Shown: piece by piece, positions 26,001-37,492 of the stretch
Layout of the letters: the number at the start of each line of letters is the position of its first letter
How positions within the stretch are numbered: the first letter of the stretch is position 1
NCBI GenBank assembly: GCA_965637545.1
Contig: OZ281494.1
Span: 6,882,001-6,946,000, forward strand
Source of the DNA: Phallusia mammillata
Lineage: Eukaryota
Direction: 5' to 3'
Length of the DNA: 64,000 nucleotides
Position numbers and translations under genes: made by a program
Notes under the pieces: model-generated
The model's database searches: none
Seen by the model: only the letters and a program-made list of their open reading frames with translations
What the model was told of the DNA's origin: nothing

Positions 26001-27523
26001 AAACCCTCGCAAAGTGGCGGCCACAAAGTTGGCATTGGGTTGGGGAATTCCTCTGCTGATTGTGGTACTAGCCAGTGCCATTGGTTTCCCCACAAACCGT
26101 TACATGGATTCCGATCAGTACAGCAACAACTACTACAGATGCTGGGTAAGTTTAACAGCCTAAAATCATAAATAGAAAAAAATGTCACCGAGACACAAAA
26201 TTTTGTTTTAAATTTAAAAGGAAAGAAAACTTAACGGCTATTTGATTTGTCGTTATCCTTGAAATTGTCGCAATGGAACGTCAAATTTTTAGATGCAGCA
26301 TTTTAGTATAATGTGTACGATTTTCTGTCTTGCACGTTGACCTGAACAGCAAACAACCAAAAGGGACGACTAAAGCGGGAAACTGCAGCAACAAATAATA
26401 TGTCCGGTCATAACAAACAGTGGTAACCAAATCGTTTTTTCTCTGCAGGTTGGAACTGAGTACAACGCTCTTCTCGCCTCGGTTATCATTCCTATGATAA
26501 TCATCTACGTTGTCAACATCCTAATCGCCTTCAAAGTGATGTGGTTTGTCCACAAACTTCGGAGTAGCGCTAGAGAACTAAAACCGTCCAACGGTGCTCA
26601 CCGCGGATCTAACGTAGGCGCCGCGGTTCGAAGCGACGCCAAAAGCGTTGGCGCCACGCTCAAAGTTTTTCTCCTACTCATCCCGGTACTGGGGGTACCA
26701 CTGCTTTTCGGGTTTTTGACAAGTAAGAATTCGTTTCAATGCTCGTTTGGTATCTGTGCAATGCCTTATGTGCAGAAATCGAAGTAAACTGTTTAATAGT
26801 ATACACATCCATTTAATAAGGTATAGCTACCAGACGTAATGCATAAACGAGCATTACTCTTACAGCAGATTTTATTGTAGATAATCGACGTTTCGATGTC
26901 ATACACAAGTCACATTTATCAGAATAATGACATATCTTCAAAACGGCGTTTAATATTTATGATAAAAACTGATGAAAGAACAATAGTCATTTATGCAAGC
27001 TAGTGGTTTGGATGTATAGATAACCAATATTTCCACATACTTGCAGACTTTTCAAAAACTTGGTAGTAAACGCGTATAGCATTGAATTTTTGCTACAGCA
27101 ATACACATCAGCATCAACGCATATGAACATTTGCAACCATTATTGCAATTGTGTAGGTGTTAACAAGCTTGCAGAGCAAAGTTTGCAATTACCTGCAGTG
27201 ACAATATTGTCTTCCTGAACCGCCACTTAAATATAATTTGCATTGTAGGCATTGAACCATACGAAGCATCTGTGGTGTTCATGTACATCAACGTCATCCT
27301 TAATGGACTGCAAGGTTTATTTCTCCTTCTCGTATACTGCGTGTTTGGAACCGAGGTTCGGGAGGCCTGTTCCCGTTATGTACAAAGAGTCAAGCTGCGA
27401 TACACAAGTGAACCTCCAACCCACAACCCCAGCAAGGGAACGCCAAGCACCCACTCGACTAACACAAGTTCAGGATCGGGAAACAAAACCAACAGTTTGC
27501 CGGAAAATCAACACAGAATCTAG
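17069..27523 (+). CDS. Gene B: adhesion GPCR (cap, ~550-aa mucin stalk, GAIN/GPS, 7TM), 1270 aa
   Basis: Exons 17069-17159, 18340-18420, 18579-18623, 18813-18851, 19906-19941, 20011-20121, 20542-20607, 20773-20841, 21051-23326, 25044-25275, 25928-26145, 26449-26722 and 27249-27523; total 3813 nt with consistent phases. GPS reads CGFF...FSSNGC...CFCNHTTLFAVLL (23168-23290). 7tm_2 motifs include INLSVALL, WMLWEG, LGWGIP, RCW and NGLQG. Confidence 0.9.
17713..18313. mobile_element. hAT MITE, 601 bp, gene B intron 1
   Basis: TIRs CAGGGGTCGCCAACC / GGTTGGCGACCCCTG; perfect TSD GCCTAACT. Confidence 0.88.
21960..22480 (+). repeat. Degenerate coding repeats (TTAETTT/TTAPTTT) in the gene B stalk
   Basis: Recurrent ACTGCAGAAACAACC and GCACCCACAACYACAG units; the translation is built of AETTTA/APTTTE blocks. 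Confidence 0.75.
24940..25031. repeat. Short imperfect tandem repeat just upstream of the first 7TM exon of gene B
   Basis: CTTGACCAAAAGTCGATTTTGATGTA..., CTTAACTAAAAGTCGATTTTGATGTA..., then a third partial unit CTTAACTAAAA ending 12 nt before the acceptor at 25043. Confidence 0.7.
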
Positions 27524-27967
27524 GCCAACTATAAGGATTTTCTCTGTGCCTGGAAAACTGAATCTTTCATCACGCCCGGACGCAAAACAATTTTCTTACA
27601 AAACTTTTGTCTGCTACGTCCGCTTTCATACAAACAGTTTTACAAAGTCATTATTTATTTATTTCATGTTGTAAAGTCGGATCAAGTTAATAAGCTCGAA
27701 CCCGATTATTTCTTCAAAAACGAAAGAATATAGTAATCGACATGAAAAAAATATTTTATATTTCTTGGAAGCAATTCTTAGGACGTTGAAAGTCAACATT
27801 TTTATCCATTGGTTTTATGCGATCAGTGTTTTTATAATTTGTTTTATTGCTGTTTTTCCTAATTTCGAAAAAAAATCATCACAGGGTGCAACCTGTACAA
27901 TCTAATCGCAAATGATGTAACCAGCACCTGCACATTTGTTAATCACCCTTTAATTTGTTATTTACAT

Positions 27968-28143
27968 CAGTGGTCGGTAACCACCGGTCCGCGAGGAGTT
28001 CGTTACAGGGCCCTATAATTTTGCAGGGTAAATGCTATAAAACAGTTTGCCAATGTATCCCGGGTAGTTTTTTGAAGACCGGTCCGCGAATAAATTTCAC
28101 TTTTAAAAACGGTCCGCAGTGCAAAAAAGGTTGCCGACCCCTG
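27968..28143. mobile_element. hAT MITE, 176 bp, copy 1 only
   Basis: TIRs CAGTGGTCGGTAACC / GGTTGCCGACCCCTG; TSD ATTTACAT. The empty site in copy 2 is at ~33829-33836. Confidence 0.85.
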
Positions 28144-28508
28144 ATTTACATGATATTTTTCTGCACAGTTGCAAGTTCTTTTTCGCCTTTTTCTATGCAA
28201 TTTTGGATTTGCGTCATGCACTTGTACAGCACAGTCAAAGTGTAATAAACTGCTTCAAACAGACATAGAAGTTTTGTTTGAAAGCAAAGAAATGCAGACG
28301 AACCGGTTAGTCGGGAAATCAATGAGCCCAGTGCTTTATTCCGTTTTACCGGTTTTTACGGTTAACCCCGAATGCAAATTAATCTGTAGTATAATTCAGT
28401 AATTTAAACATAAGAATCCTAACCATTTGTATTACAAGTTAAATACATTTGCTTTCCAGCCTAAAGTCATGCCTAACACACAAACGATTTTCAATTAACA
28501 CATAGTAT

Positions 28509-28726
28509 CAAGTTTAAAGAGCTCTTCTGGCAAATGTGATTTTATTCCGACGTTTCGACGTCGTATACAGGTCGTCTTCATCAGGGTAAATAACACTGAA
28601 TGCGACTAGTACAGTGCAAGATAAACAAAGGAAAAAAGAATAGAATGCAAGCACGTCACAACGCAACGAAAACACCGCGCGATAACAAATGATTGGCCCT
28701 CAAATCTTTAAGCAGGTGCCTGTAGC
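28509..28726 (-). mobile_element. Short insertion (Penelope-like/retrozyme-like fragment) with a 12-bp flanking direct repeat
   Basis: It is absent from copy 2 (empty site 34177-34188), is flanked by AACACATAGTAT at 28497-28508 and 28727-28738, and contains a hammerhead-like core. Confidence 0.65.
28541..28593 (-). ncRNA. Putative minimal type I hammerhead ribozyme
   Basis: The minus strand reads UUAUUUACC-CUGAUGA-A-GACG-accuguauacga-CGUC-GAAAC-GUC|GGAAUAAA. This gives both core boxes, a 4-bp helix II, a loopless palindromic helix III, a GUC triplet and a bulged helix I. Confidence 0.62.
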
Positions 28727-28919
28727 AACACATAGTATGGTTTAAAACGCAAGCAAACAAACAAGATACAGTTTTTAAGGTAAGCAGAGGATGCCGCTGT
28801 TTTCTACCTTTCAGGTATTCAAGAGCACCACCACGCGGTCAATTTTACACATAAACTTATTCGCAAAGTGTCGCTCACGACCCGCAGTATTTTTTCGCTG
28901 TTTTATCTTGTTACATTTT

Positions 28920-29022
28920 GGGAGTAACTTGGCCGAATGGCCCAGGGCGCATTATTCATTTACAACTATTAAGAAAACTAAGCGGTGTTCGTCCTCGAGA
29001 GCATTTAAACCCGATGAAAAAA
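28920..29022 (+). mobile_element. Degenerate SINE copy (duplicated at 34369-34472)
   Basis: AACTTGGCCGAATGGCCCAGGGCGC matches the SINE head; the TTCGTCC core and a decayed B-box follow. Confidence 0.55.
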
Positions 29023-29233
29023 GTCCTGTGCATTTCTAGTAGTTATTCAACTCCTGTGAGATTGTATCTACATCACAACACGTTTTGTAGCAGCATTAGG
29101 CTTGAAAGTTAAAGAAACCCAGACTTGTCGAAACAATCAAATCCAATTAGCAATAAAATAAGAGAGAATTAAAATCTTGCAAGGTTTATCTGATTTCGTT
29201 TGTTTTAAGCCTCCCGTATTTTAGGGTCTAGAT

Positions 29234-30116
29234 CAGGGGTGGCCAACCGGTCAAAGCCTAAGAGCCATATTTTTTATTGTGTTACCACAAAGAGCCACAT
29301 TATACACATAAGCACATTGGTTAAATGGCTCGTCCTTTTCTCACACACAGAGACCTGTGCTTAGCCAAAACTATTCTAAATGTCGCACACCAACATAATA
29401 ATGACACAATTAAACTTGTACAGACCACGGGCCAGTCATTTTCGACAATAAATGGTCATGGCAAACACTGTCTGTCACACAAAACTCTCATTTCAACGAA
29501 TCCATCAAACAAAAACATATGAATTAAAATACCCCTTTTTTCTCATTCTATAAATAACGTGCGGTGAGATTCATTTCTGGTGAATTGCTAAAATCTTTTT
29601 TCACTGCCAATTTGAAGGCTAACTTGACAAAAATTTGTTTATTTAAAAGATTTTCCCTGCTGAAAAAAACTTGCGGTATTTTCATCTAACGCGCACGCGC
29701 CCCAAACACCTAACGCGAAATTGGCGAAACTAAGTTCATTGCGACGTCATTAATGCATTCACCACCAACAATCGCTCAATTCAAACCCAAGACAAACTGC
29801 TGATAAAATATAACGTTAGTCATAACCCGAAATGAGCAACCATTCATTGTTCACAATTGAATACATGCCATCATAATCAAGCCATTTGCCACATAAAGTT
29901 GCAGTTTTACAGCAAGGTTTGTGACCATACCGATAATAAGTTTGTTCAAAAGCAAAATTATTAAAGCTTTAAAGCTTTAAACGATTTTTGTACCAGATCT
30001 CCACATACTAACCCAAATATACACAATGGCCCCAAACTTCGCCAACAACTTAAGAGCCGCATAAAACCAGGCGAAGAGCCGCATGCGGCTCGCGAGCCGC
30101 GGGTGGGCCACCCCTG
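29234..30116. mobile_element. hAT non-autonomous element, 883 bp, copy 1 only
   Basis: TIRs CAGGGGTGGCCAACC / GGTGGGCCACCCCTG; perfect TSD GTCTAGAT at 29226-29233 and 30117-30124. Confidence 0.88.
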
Positions 30117-31834
30117 GTCTAGATCCTCAATAAATAGTATCTTCAATCGTACATTATAAATAGTGTAAACAGTGCAAATCACCTTTATTTTGATCATAGT
30201 ACCTAATGATGATAACATTCCAAAAAAGTAGGTAGGCATTAACATTAAGTGTATAAAAAGCATTGACAACTGACTGTTACGTCATGAGCGTGGTAATAAT
30301 TGCACTTAGTCAATCCAGTGTCGACGCTTTAATGTCGTAAGAAGTGTAACACAATGTAGTGTAACAAGCAGCTAACAGTAGGCAGTTGTTATTGACTACC
30401 ACGTAACTGCAATGTGGTTTGATGTACGAATTTGACACAGTGAAGTAAAGACAATCCGGATTAGGAAATGTAGAAAGAAACACTTTATTCTGATGACTAG
30501 GCAAAGATCCGGATTAAATGTATCGCATCAATTTAACCGAAGCGTTTTGTCCAGAAAGATATTACACATTCGTACCACCAGTTTTATCGTGGTTATTGGC
30601 AATAATCCGGATAACCGAAGTTTACTGTACTGCTACTATAGGCCGGGAAGTGGTTGTTATAGTTGTTTCAAATTTCGACAAGGAAGTAAAGAGCAGAGGA
30701 AGAGTAAGTATTGCTTGTTGCGTGTTGGCCTCCTGGCACACACAGAACATCAAGTGTATGGCCAACGACATAAAGGCTGATTAAATATGCTTGTGTTTCA
30801 TCCATAGTCGTCACGATCAAAATAAATAAATGTTTATTTTTAAACGAAGGCATCCCTTATATGATCATTTAGGCACAAATTTTGGCCTGTTGGTAAGAAT
30901 TAAAAATACTATCATCATAGATTTGTTTTTAACTACATTGAACAGCTGTGTAAACTGACTTTAATATTCCCGTTTTGCGTGCATTAAACAAAGGCATTAT
31001 TCCCGTATTTTGCGAGCAGTAAACAAGGGCATTTTATATTGATACACTTTAGTCAATTCCCAATTGACGTACTTCGGTTAGGTACAAAAGGAAAATGACG
31101 ATAAATCGCACGATCGGTAATCTATATAGTGAGTCAGCTTGATTCCTATTCGTCACCAAAAAACATGATATAAATGTTTTAGCAAAGTTAAGCAAAGACA
31201 CTTCCTGGTAAAGACCACGCACGCCTTAGCGGTATATGGGATTTAGGTTAGAGGAAAGTTGTTTATACGAACGAAAAAATACAACCCATTAATTAAGTAA
31301 ATCTTTGCCATTATCAGGATCAGTAAATGCTTACATATATCGACTTGGAGTACCAGAGCTTAAAAAACGCAAAATTAATCTACACTTTTCACAATAATTG
31401 TTATAGTTGCTTTTTAGTTGCATAGTTTCAGTTTCAACACTTATATACATTTAATAGGTCAGAGCACAACACACATTAATAGCTGGGCTTTCGTGTCATT
31501 AAAACTGCATTATTCTACTTCAATGGGTATAAAAGCCTCCTTAACTTAATGAGCAGCCTAATTATATCAATGTGAAACAAATACGAAGCAAAACTAGCTC
31601 ATCGTAAGTCAGTTAATATATGTTCATTAGTTTGCAAATGGAAGTCAATCGAAATAAACTTTTTGCTAATATTAAGTGACTTAATTACTGATGATCTGAA
31701 AAGCCATCAACAACAATGCATCAGAAAGCAGTTTTAGCTTAACACTCGTTAAACGCGTTTACGTCAAAGGGAAGTACTAAAGGATCTAATTTCCAGCGAG
31801 TAAAGCTTTACAGTCAGGCGATGCGGGTATGAAA

Positions 31835-33387
31835 GGGAAGGCCTGACACTTTTCATCAAAACCACCGACAAAATACTTTCGCTGAACAAGAAGAATCCTC
31901 GCAAAGTGGCGGCCACAAAGCTGGCATTGGGTTGGGGAATTCCTCTGTTAATCGTGCTTTTAGCCAGTGCCATTGGTTTCCCCACAAACCGTTACATGGA
32001 TTCCGATCCGATCCACAAAAACTACTACAGATGTTGGGTAAGTTCAACAAGCTAAAAATATTTGTCTTCGAGGCACATCTGTTTGCAAATTAAAAAAAAG
32101 AACTTAAACGGTTGTTTAAATTGTCTTTACCCTCATAACAATGTCGCAATGGGGACGTCAAATTTTCCGTTAAGCACAGTTTTAGTTTAATGTGTACGAT
32201 TTATTTTGTCTTGCACGCTGACCTATAAAGTAAACTACCACAAGCCACGGCAAAGGCGAGGAACCGCAGCAGCAAATAATTAAATCCGGCCATAACAAAC
32301 AGTTGTAACCAAATCGTTTTTTCTCTGCAGGTTGGAACTGAATACAACGCTCTTCTCGCCTCTGTTATCATTCCTATGATAATCATCTACGTTGTGAACA
32401 TCCTAATCGCCTTCAAAGTGATGTGGTTTGTCCACAAACTTCGGAGTAGCGCTAGAGAGCTAAAACCGTCCAACGGTGCTCACCGCGGATCTAACGTAGG
32501 CGCCGCGGTTCGAAGCGACGCCGAAAGCGTTGGCGCCACGCTCAAAGTTTTTCTTCTACTCATCCCGGTGCTGGGGGTTCCTCTGCTTTTTAGGTTTTTG
32601 ACAAGTAAGAATTCGTATGAAAGCTCGTTTGATATTTGTGCAATGCAGTATGTCCCAGAAATAGAAGTAAACTGTTTAAGAGTATACACATGCAAGCTAA
32701 TCCAATAAATAAGCTATCGCTGCCAGGCATTTTGTGTAAACGAGCATTACTCTTTCAGTAGTTTTTATGAAAGATAATCGACGTTCCGACGTCATATACA
32801 AGACGCATTTATCGGGATAATGACATATCTTTGAAACATCGAATTATTTATTATAAATACTGCTGGAAGAGCATTACTAGTTTATGCAAGCTAATGGCTT
32901 GACTGTATTCATAACCATATTTCCACATACATGCATTGAATTTGAATTACAGCACGAAATTATGCATAACCTGAAGTTACAACCATTATTGCAATTATTA
33001 ATTTGCTAGCAAGTTTCCAAAGTAAAGTTTGCAATCAACTGCAGAAACATACTTCCCTACAGAGACAATATTGTCTGCCTGAATCGCCACTTAAATATGA
33101 TTTGCATTGCAGGCATTGAACCATACGAAGCATCTGTGGTGTTCATGTACATCAACGTCATTCTTAATGGGCTGCAAGGTTTATTTCTCCTTCTCGTCTA
33201 CTGCGTCTTTGGAACCGAGGTTCGGGAGGCCTGTTCCCGTTATGTACAAAGAGTCAAGCTGCGATACACGAGCGAGCCTTCAACCCACAACCCCAGCAAG
33301 GGAACGCCAAGCACCCATTCGACTAACACAAGTGCAGGATCGGGAAACAAAACCAACAGTTTGCCGGAAAATCAACACAGAATCTAG
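31835..33387 (+). pseudogene. Gene B': duplicated 3' 7TM exons (partial exon 11, intact exons 12 and 13)
   Basis: 31835-32037 (starts at EGLTLF and lacks the native acceptor), 32331-32604 and 33113-33387. The frames are open and the remaining splice sites are intact, but there are no upstream exons of its own. Confidence 0.8.
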
Positions 33388-34661
33388 GCCAACTATAAGG
33401 ATTTTCTCTGTGCCTGGAAAAATGAATCTTTCATCACGCCCGGACGCAAAACATTTTTCTTACAAAACTTGTCTGCTACGTCCGCTTTCATACAAACAGT
33501 TTTACAAAGTCATTATTTATTTATTTCGTGTTGTAAAGTCGGATCAAGTTAATAAGCTCGAACCCGATTATTTCTTCAAAAACGAAAGAATATAGTAATC
33601 GACATGAAAAAAATATTTTATATTTCTTGGAAGCAATTCTTAGGACGTTGAAAGTCAACATTTTTATCCATTGGTTTTATGCGATCAGTGTTTTTATAAT
33701 TTGTTTTATTGTTGTTTTATGTTTTTCCTAATTTCGAAAAAAATCATCACAGGGTGGAAACTTTACAATCTAATCGCAAATGATGTAACCTGCACCTGTA
33801 CAATTGTAAATCACCCTTTAATTCGTGTTTTACATGATATTCTGCACAGTTGCAAATTGTTTTTCGCCTTTTTCTATGCAATTTTGGGTTTGCGTCATGC
33901 ACTTGTACAGCACAGTCAAAGTGTAATAAACTGCTTCAAACAGACAGAGAAGTTTTGTTTGAAAGCCAAGAAATGCAGACGAACCGGTTAGTCGGGAAAT
34001 CAATGAGCCCAGTGCTTTATTCCGTTTTACCGGTTTTTACGGTTAACCCCGAATGCAAATTAATCTGTAGTATAATTCAGAAATTTTAGCATAAGAATCC
34101 TAACCATTCGTATTACAAGTTAAATACCTTTGCTTTCCAGCCTAAGTCACGCCTAACACATAACTTATTTTCAATTAACACATAGTATGGTTTAAAACGT
34201 AAGCAAACAAACAAGATATAGTTTTTAAGGTAAGCAGAGGATGCCACTGTTTTCTACCTTTTAGGTATTTAAGAGCACCACCATGCGGTCAATTTTACAC
34301 AGAAACTTATTCGCAAAGTGTCGCCCACAATGCGCATTATTTTTGTGTCGTTTTATCCTGGTTCATTTGGGCAGGAACTTGGCCGAATGGCCCAGGGCGC
34401 GTTACTTATATACAACCATTAAGAAAACTGAGCGTGGTTCGTCCTCAAAAGCATTTAAATTCGACGCAAAACATCCTGTACATTTCTAGTAGTTATTCAA
34501 CTGCTGTGAAATCGTTTAACGTAGCTACATTACAACACGTTTTGCAGCAACATTAGGCTTGAAAGTTTAAGAAACACAGATTGGTCGAAAGCATCAATTC
34601 CAATTAGAATTAAAAGTAACACAGAATTAAAATCAAAGACGAACTTGAACAGTCATAAGTT

Positions 34662-34783
34662 GGAAGGAACTTGGCCGAATGGTCCGGCGCGCCTAACCCA
34701 TACACAGACATAAAAAAAACCTGATCGGGATTCGTCCCCCGGGAGTGTCCTAGGTTCGAACACCGTGAAAAAAAATAAAAAAA
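34662..34783 (+). mobile_element. tRNA-derived SINE, copy 2
   Basis: A-box TGGCCGAATGG, B-box GGTTCGAACAC and an A-rich tail. It lies in a segment absent from duplication copy 1. Confidence 0.8.
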
Positions 34784-34981
34784 CAAGCAAGTAGAATGCA
34801 ACTGATGTCCCTTAGGCCGGAGTCAATAGGTTGACGAGATTGTGTCCTCTGCAGTCATACTAGTCATACCTGTACGTACTCCAAGGAAAAAAATACCAAA
34901 TAAACTTATCTGGCACGATTTGATCCTGCAAGGTTTATTCGAATTCGTTTGTTTCAAGCCCCCGTATTTTAGAGTCTAGAT

Positions 34982-35393
34982 CAGTGGTTCTCAAATTTTT
35001 TCATTATTTTTTCAAAACGGCCCCTATGCCATTACATCAAGGGCTCGCGGTCCTTTAGCTGAAATGTGTATTTTAGCAAAAACAAAGTTGATTTGCAGAA
35101 TTTTAGCCAGTGAAGCAAAAATATCTAAAAACAGTTTGCGACATCACAGACAAGACAACAAAAACATTACAATTGTGCGCGAACAATTGCTTTTTTGTTA
35201 CTTGTCACGCAATAAAGGCGATAGTTTAGCAATGGAGACAGTCGATCTTTAATTTTACTTTGATTTACACTTATTCAGTGGCACAAACTTACGCCAAATA
35301 AGATTAAAGAAGTACTTCAACCTTATCACGGTCCCCCCCAAAATTGCCTCATGGACCCCTAAAGCACCGTGGACCCCAGTTTGAGAACCGCTG
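34982..35393. mobile_element. hAT MITE, 412 bp, copy 2 only; same family as 62647-63064
   Basis: TIRs CAGTGGTTCTCAAA / TTTGAGAACCGCTG; perfect TSD GTCTAGAT at 34974-34981 and 35394-35401. Confidence 0.88.
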
Positions 35394-35437
35394 GTCTAGA
35401 TCCCAAATAAATAGTATCTATAATAAATAGTCTAATC

Positions 35438-36020
35438 CAGTGATTTTCAACCGGTGTTCCGCGGAACACTAGTGTTCCGTGAAAGATCGTCAGGTGTTCC
35501 GCGAGAAATTTGCTGGTTTGAATATAGGATTCTAATGTTTCAGACTTCTATGGTTTGAATTGTGTTTTATGTCAAACACCGGCCGAATATCACTGGTTTA
35601 ATACAATAGGCGGAAATAGGTTTTCTTTTATGAAAATAATTATCCGCCATCCCCGATTGGAATGTTTTGTAGTGATTGGCTTATTGTTGTGTAATATTAA
35701 GACTCGTTGTCTAATAATGAAATAGCTGAATCGCGGGTAAATTGCTGACCGTTGGTGCAATTTAGCTTTGGGTGATCTTCAAAAAAACAAAAAACATTGA
35801 AACGCTGTCTCAGTCGACACGAGATTCAACAAATTTTCTGACGTTCAACATAATTGCTTGCGCGGAAAACGATGAATCACGGAACAGTCAGTGCTAGGCG
35901 AATATTGTATTTAGGTAACTAGTTTCTACTTTTCAATGCATCAAAATTTCGTTTGGTGTTCCGCAAACATATTTTAAAGTATAAAGTGTTCCGTGGCTCA
36001 AAAAAGGTTGAAAAACACTG
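35438..36020. mobile_element. hAT MITE, 583 bp, copy 2 only
   Basis: TIRs CAGTGATTTTCAACC / GGTTGAAAAACACTG; TSD GTCTAATC/GTCTAATA. Confidence 0.85.
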
Positions 36021-36930
36021 GTCTAATAGGTGCAAATCACTTTTATTTTGATCATCTTTTGATCAAAGATCTAATGATGACAAGTTTCAAAGAAAAAAGT
36101 ATGTAGGCATTAACATTAAGTGTATTAAAAGCATTGACAACTGACTGTTACGTCATGAGCGTGGTAATAATTGCACTTAGTCAATCCAGTGTCGACGCTT
36201 TAATATCGTAAGACGTAAGAAGTGTAACACAATGTAGTGTAACAAGCAGCTAACAGTAGGCAGTTGTTATTGACTACCACGTAACGGCAATGTGGTTTGA
36301 TGTACGAATTTGACACAGTGAAGTAAAGACAATCCGGATTAGGAAATGTAGAAAGAAACACTTTATTCTGATGACTAGGCAAAGATCCGGATTAAATGTA
36401 TCGCATCAATTTAACCGAAGCGTTTTGTCCAGAAAGATATTACACATTCGTACCACCAGTTTTATCGTGGTTATTGGCAATAATCCGGATAACCGAAGTT
36501 TACTGTACTGCTACTATAGGCCGGGAAGTGGTTGTTATAGTTGTTTCAAATTTCGAAAAGGAAGTAAAGAGCAGAGGAAGAGTAAGTATCGCTGGTTGCG
36601 TGTTGGCCTGCTGGCAGACAGAGAATGAAGATGTATGGCCAACGCCATAAAGGCTGATTAAATATGCTTGTGTTTCATCCATAGTCGTAACGATCAAAAA
36701 AAGAAATGCTTATTTTTAAATGGAGGCATCCCTTATGATCATTTAGGCACAAATGTTGGCCTGTTGGTAAGAATTAAAAATACTAGCATCATATATTTGT
36801 ATTCAACTACATTTAACAATTGTGTGAACTGACTTTAATATTCCCGTATTTTACGTGCATTAAACAAAGGCATTATTCCCGTATTTTGCGCGCAGTAAAC
36901 AAAGGCATTTTATATTGATTCACTTTAGTC

Positions 36931-37492
36931 CAGTGGTTCTTAACCTTTTTGGTGTGGTTTCCCACTAAAGTCAATCACCAACTTCGAATTTCCCCCTCTG
37001 TTATTTTTATAAACATGTTTTGTGCCCTTCGTTAACAAAAAAAATATTCTTTAAATGAAATACTTTTGTGGAGCGCTTTGTTCTGGTCCCTAAAGGTATA
37101 CTGCAATCTTATTTAGTTTAAATAGCGCTTCTGTAAGAGATTAAACTTTTTGGAATACTGAAGAGTCTGCTATGCTTGCATTAGTCATTTATTGCATCAC
37201 AATCAACAAAGGAAAGGCTTCTATTCGCGCACAACAGCAAAGTCATTGATGGTTTCAGTCTTGTCTGTGATGCAACAAACGGCCTTTGGATTTGTATGTG
37301 TCTTGTAAACCTTGGTTAAACCAATATTACATGTTGCTGCAGAAAAATTTTAGTAATGTAGCTTTCAACGGATAATTCAAAGCCCGTTTCGACCATCGAG
37401 TCCGAGTTTGCTCCTGTCAAGTCACATAATTTCCCTCCGAAAACATTAAATTTCCCACTAGTGGGAAATTTCTCACCGGTTAAGGACCACTG
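36931..37492. mobile_element. hAT MITE, 562 bp, copy 2 only
   Basis: TIRs CAGTGGTTCTTAACC / GGTTAAGGACCACTG; perfect TSD CTTTAGTC. The empty site in copy 1 is at ~31048-31055. Confidence 0.88.

Noticed and set aside
30493-30784. ORFs MYRINLTEAF.../MTRQRSG..., repeated at 36371-36650, with a GTAAGT donor-like site at 30704
   Set aside because: The recurrence is explained by the segmental duplication. There is no recognisable domain or flanking exon, and the C-termini differ between copies.
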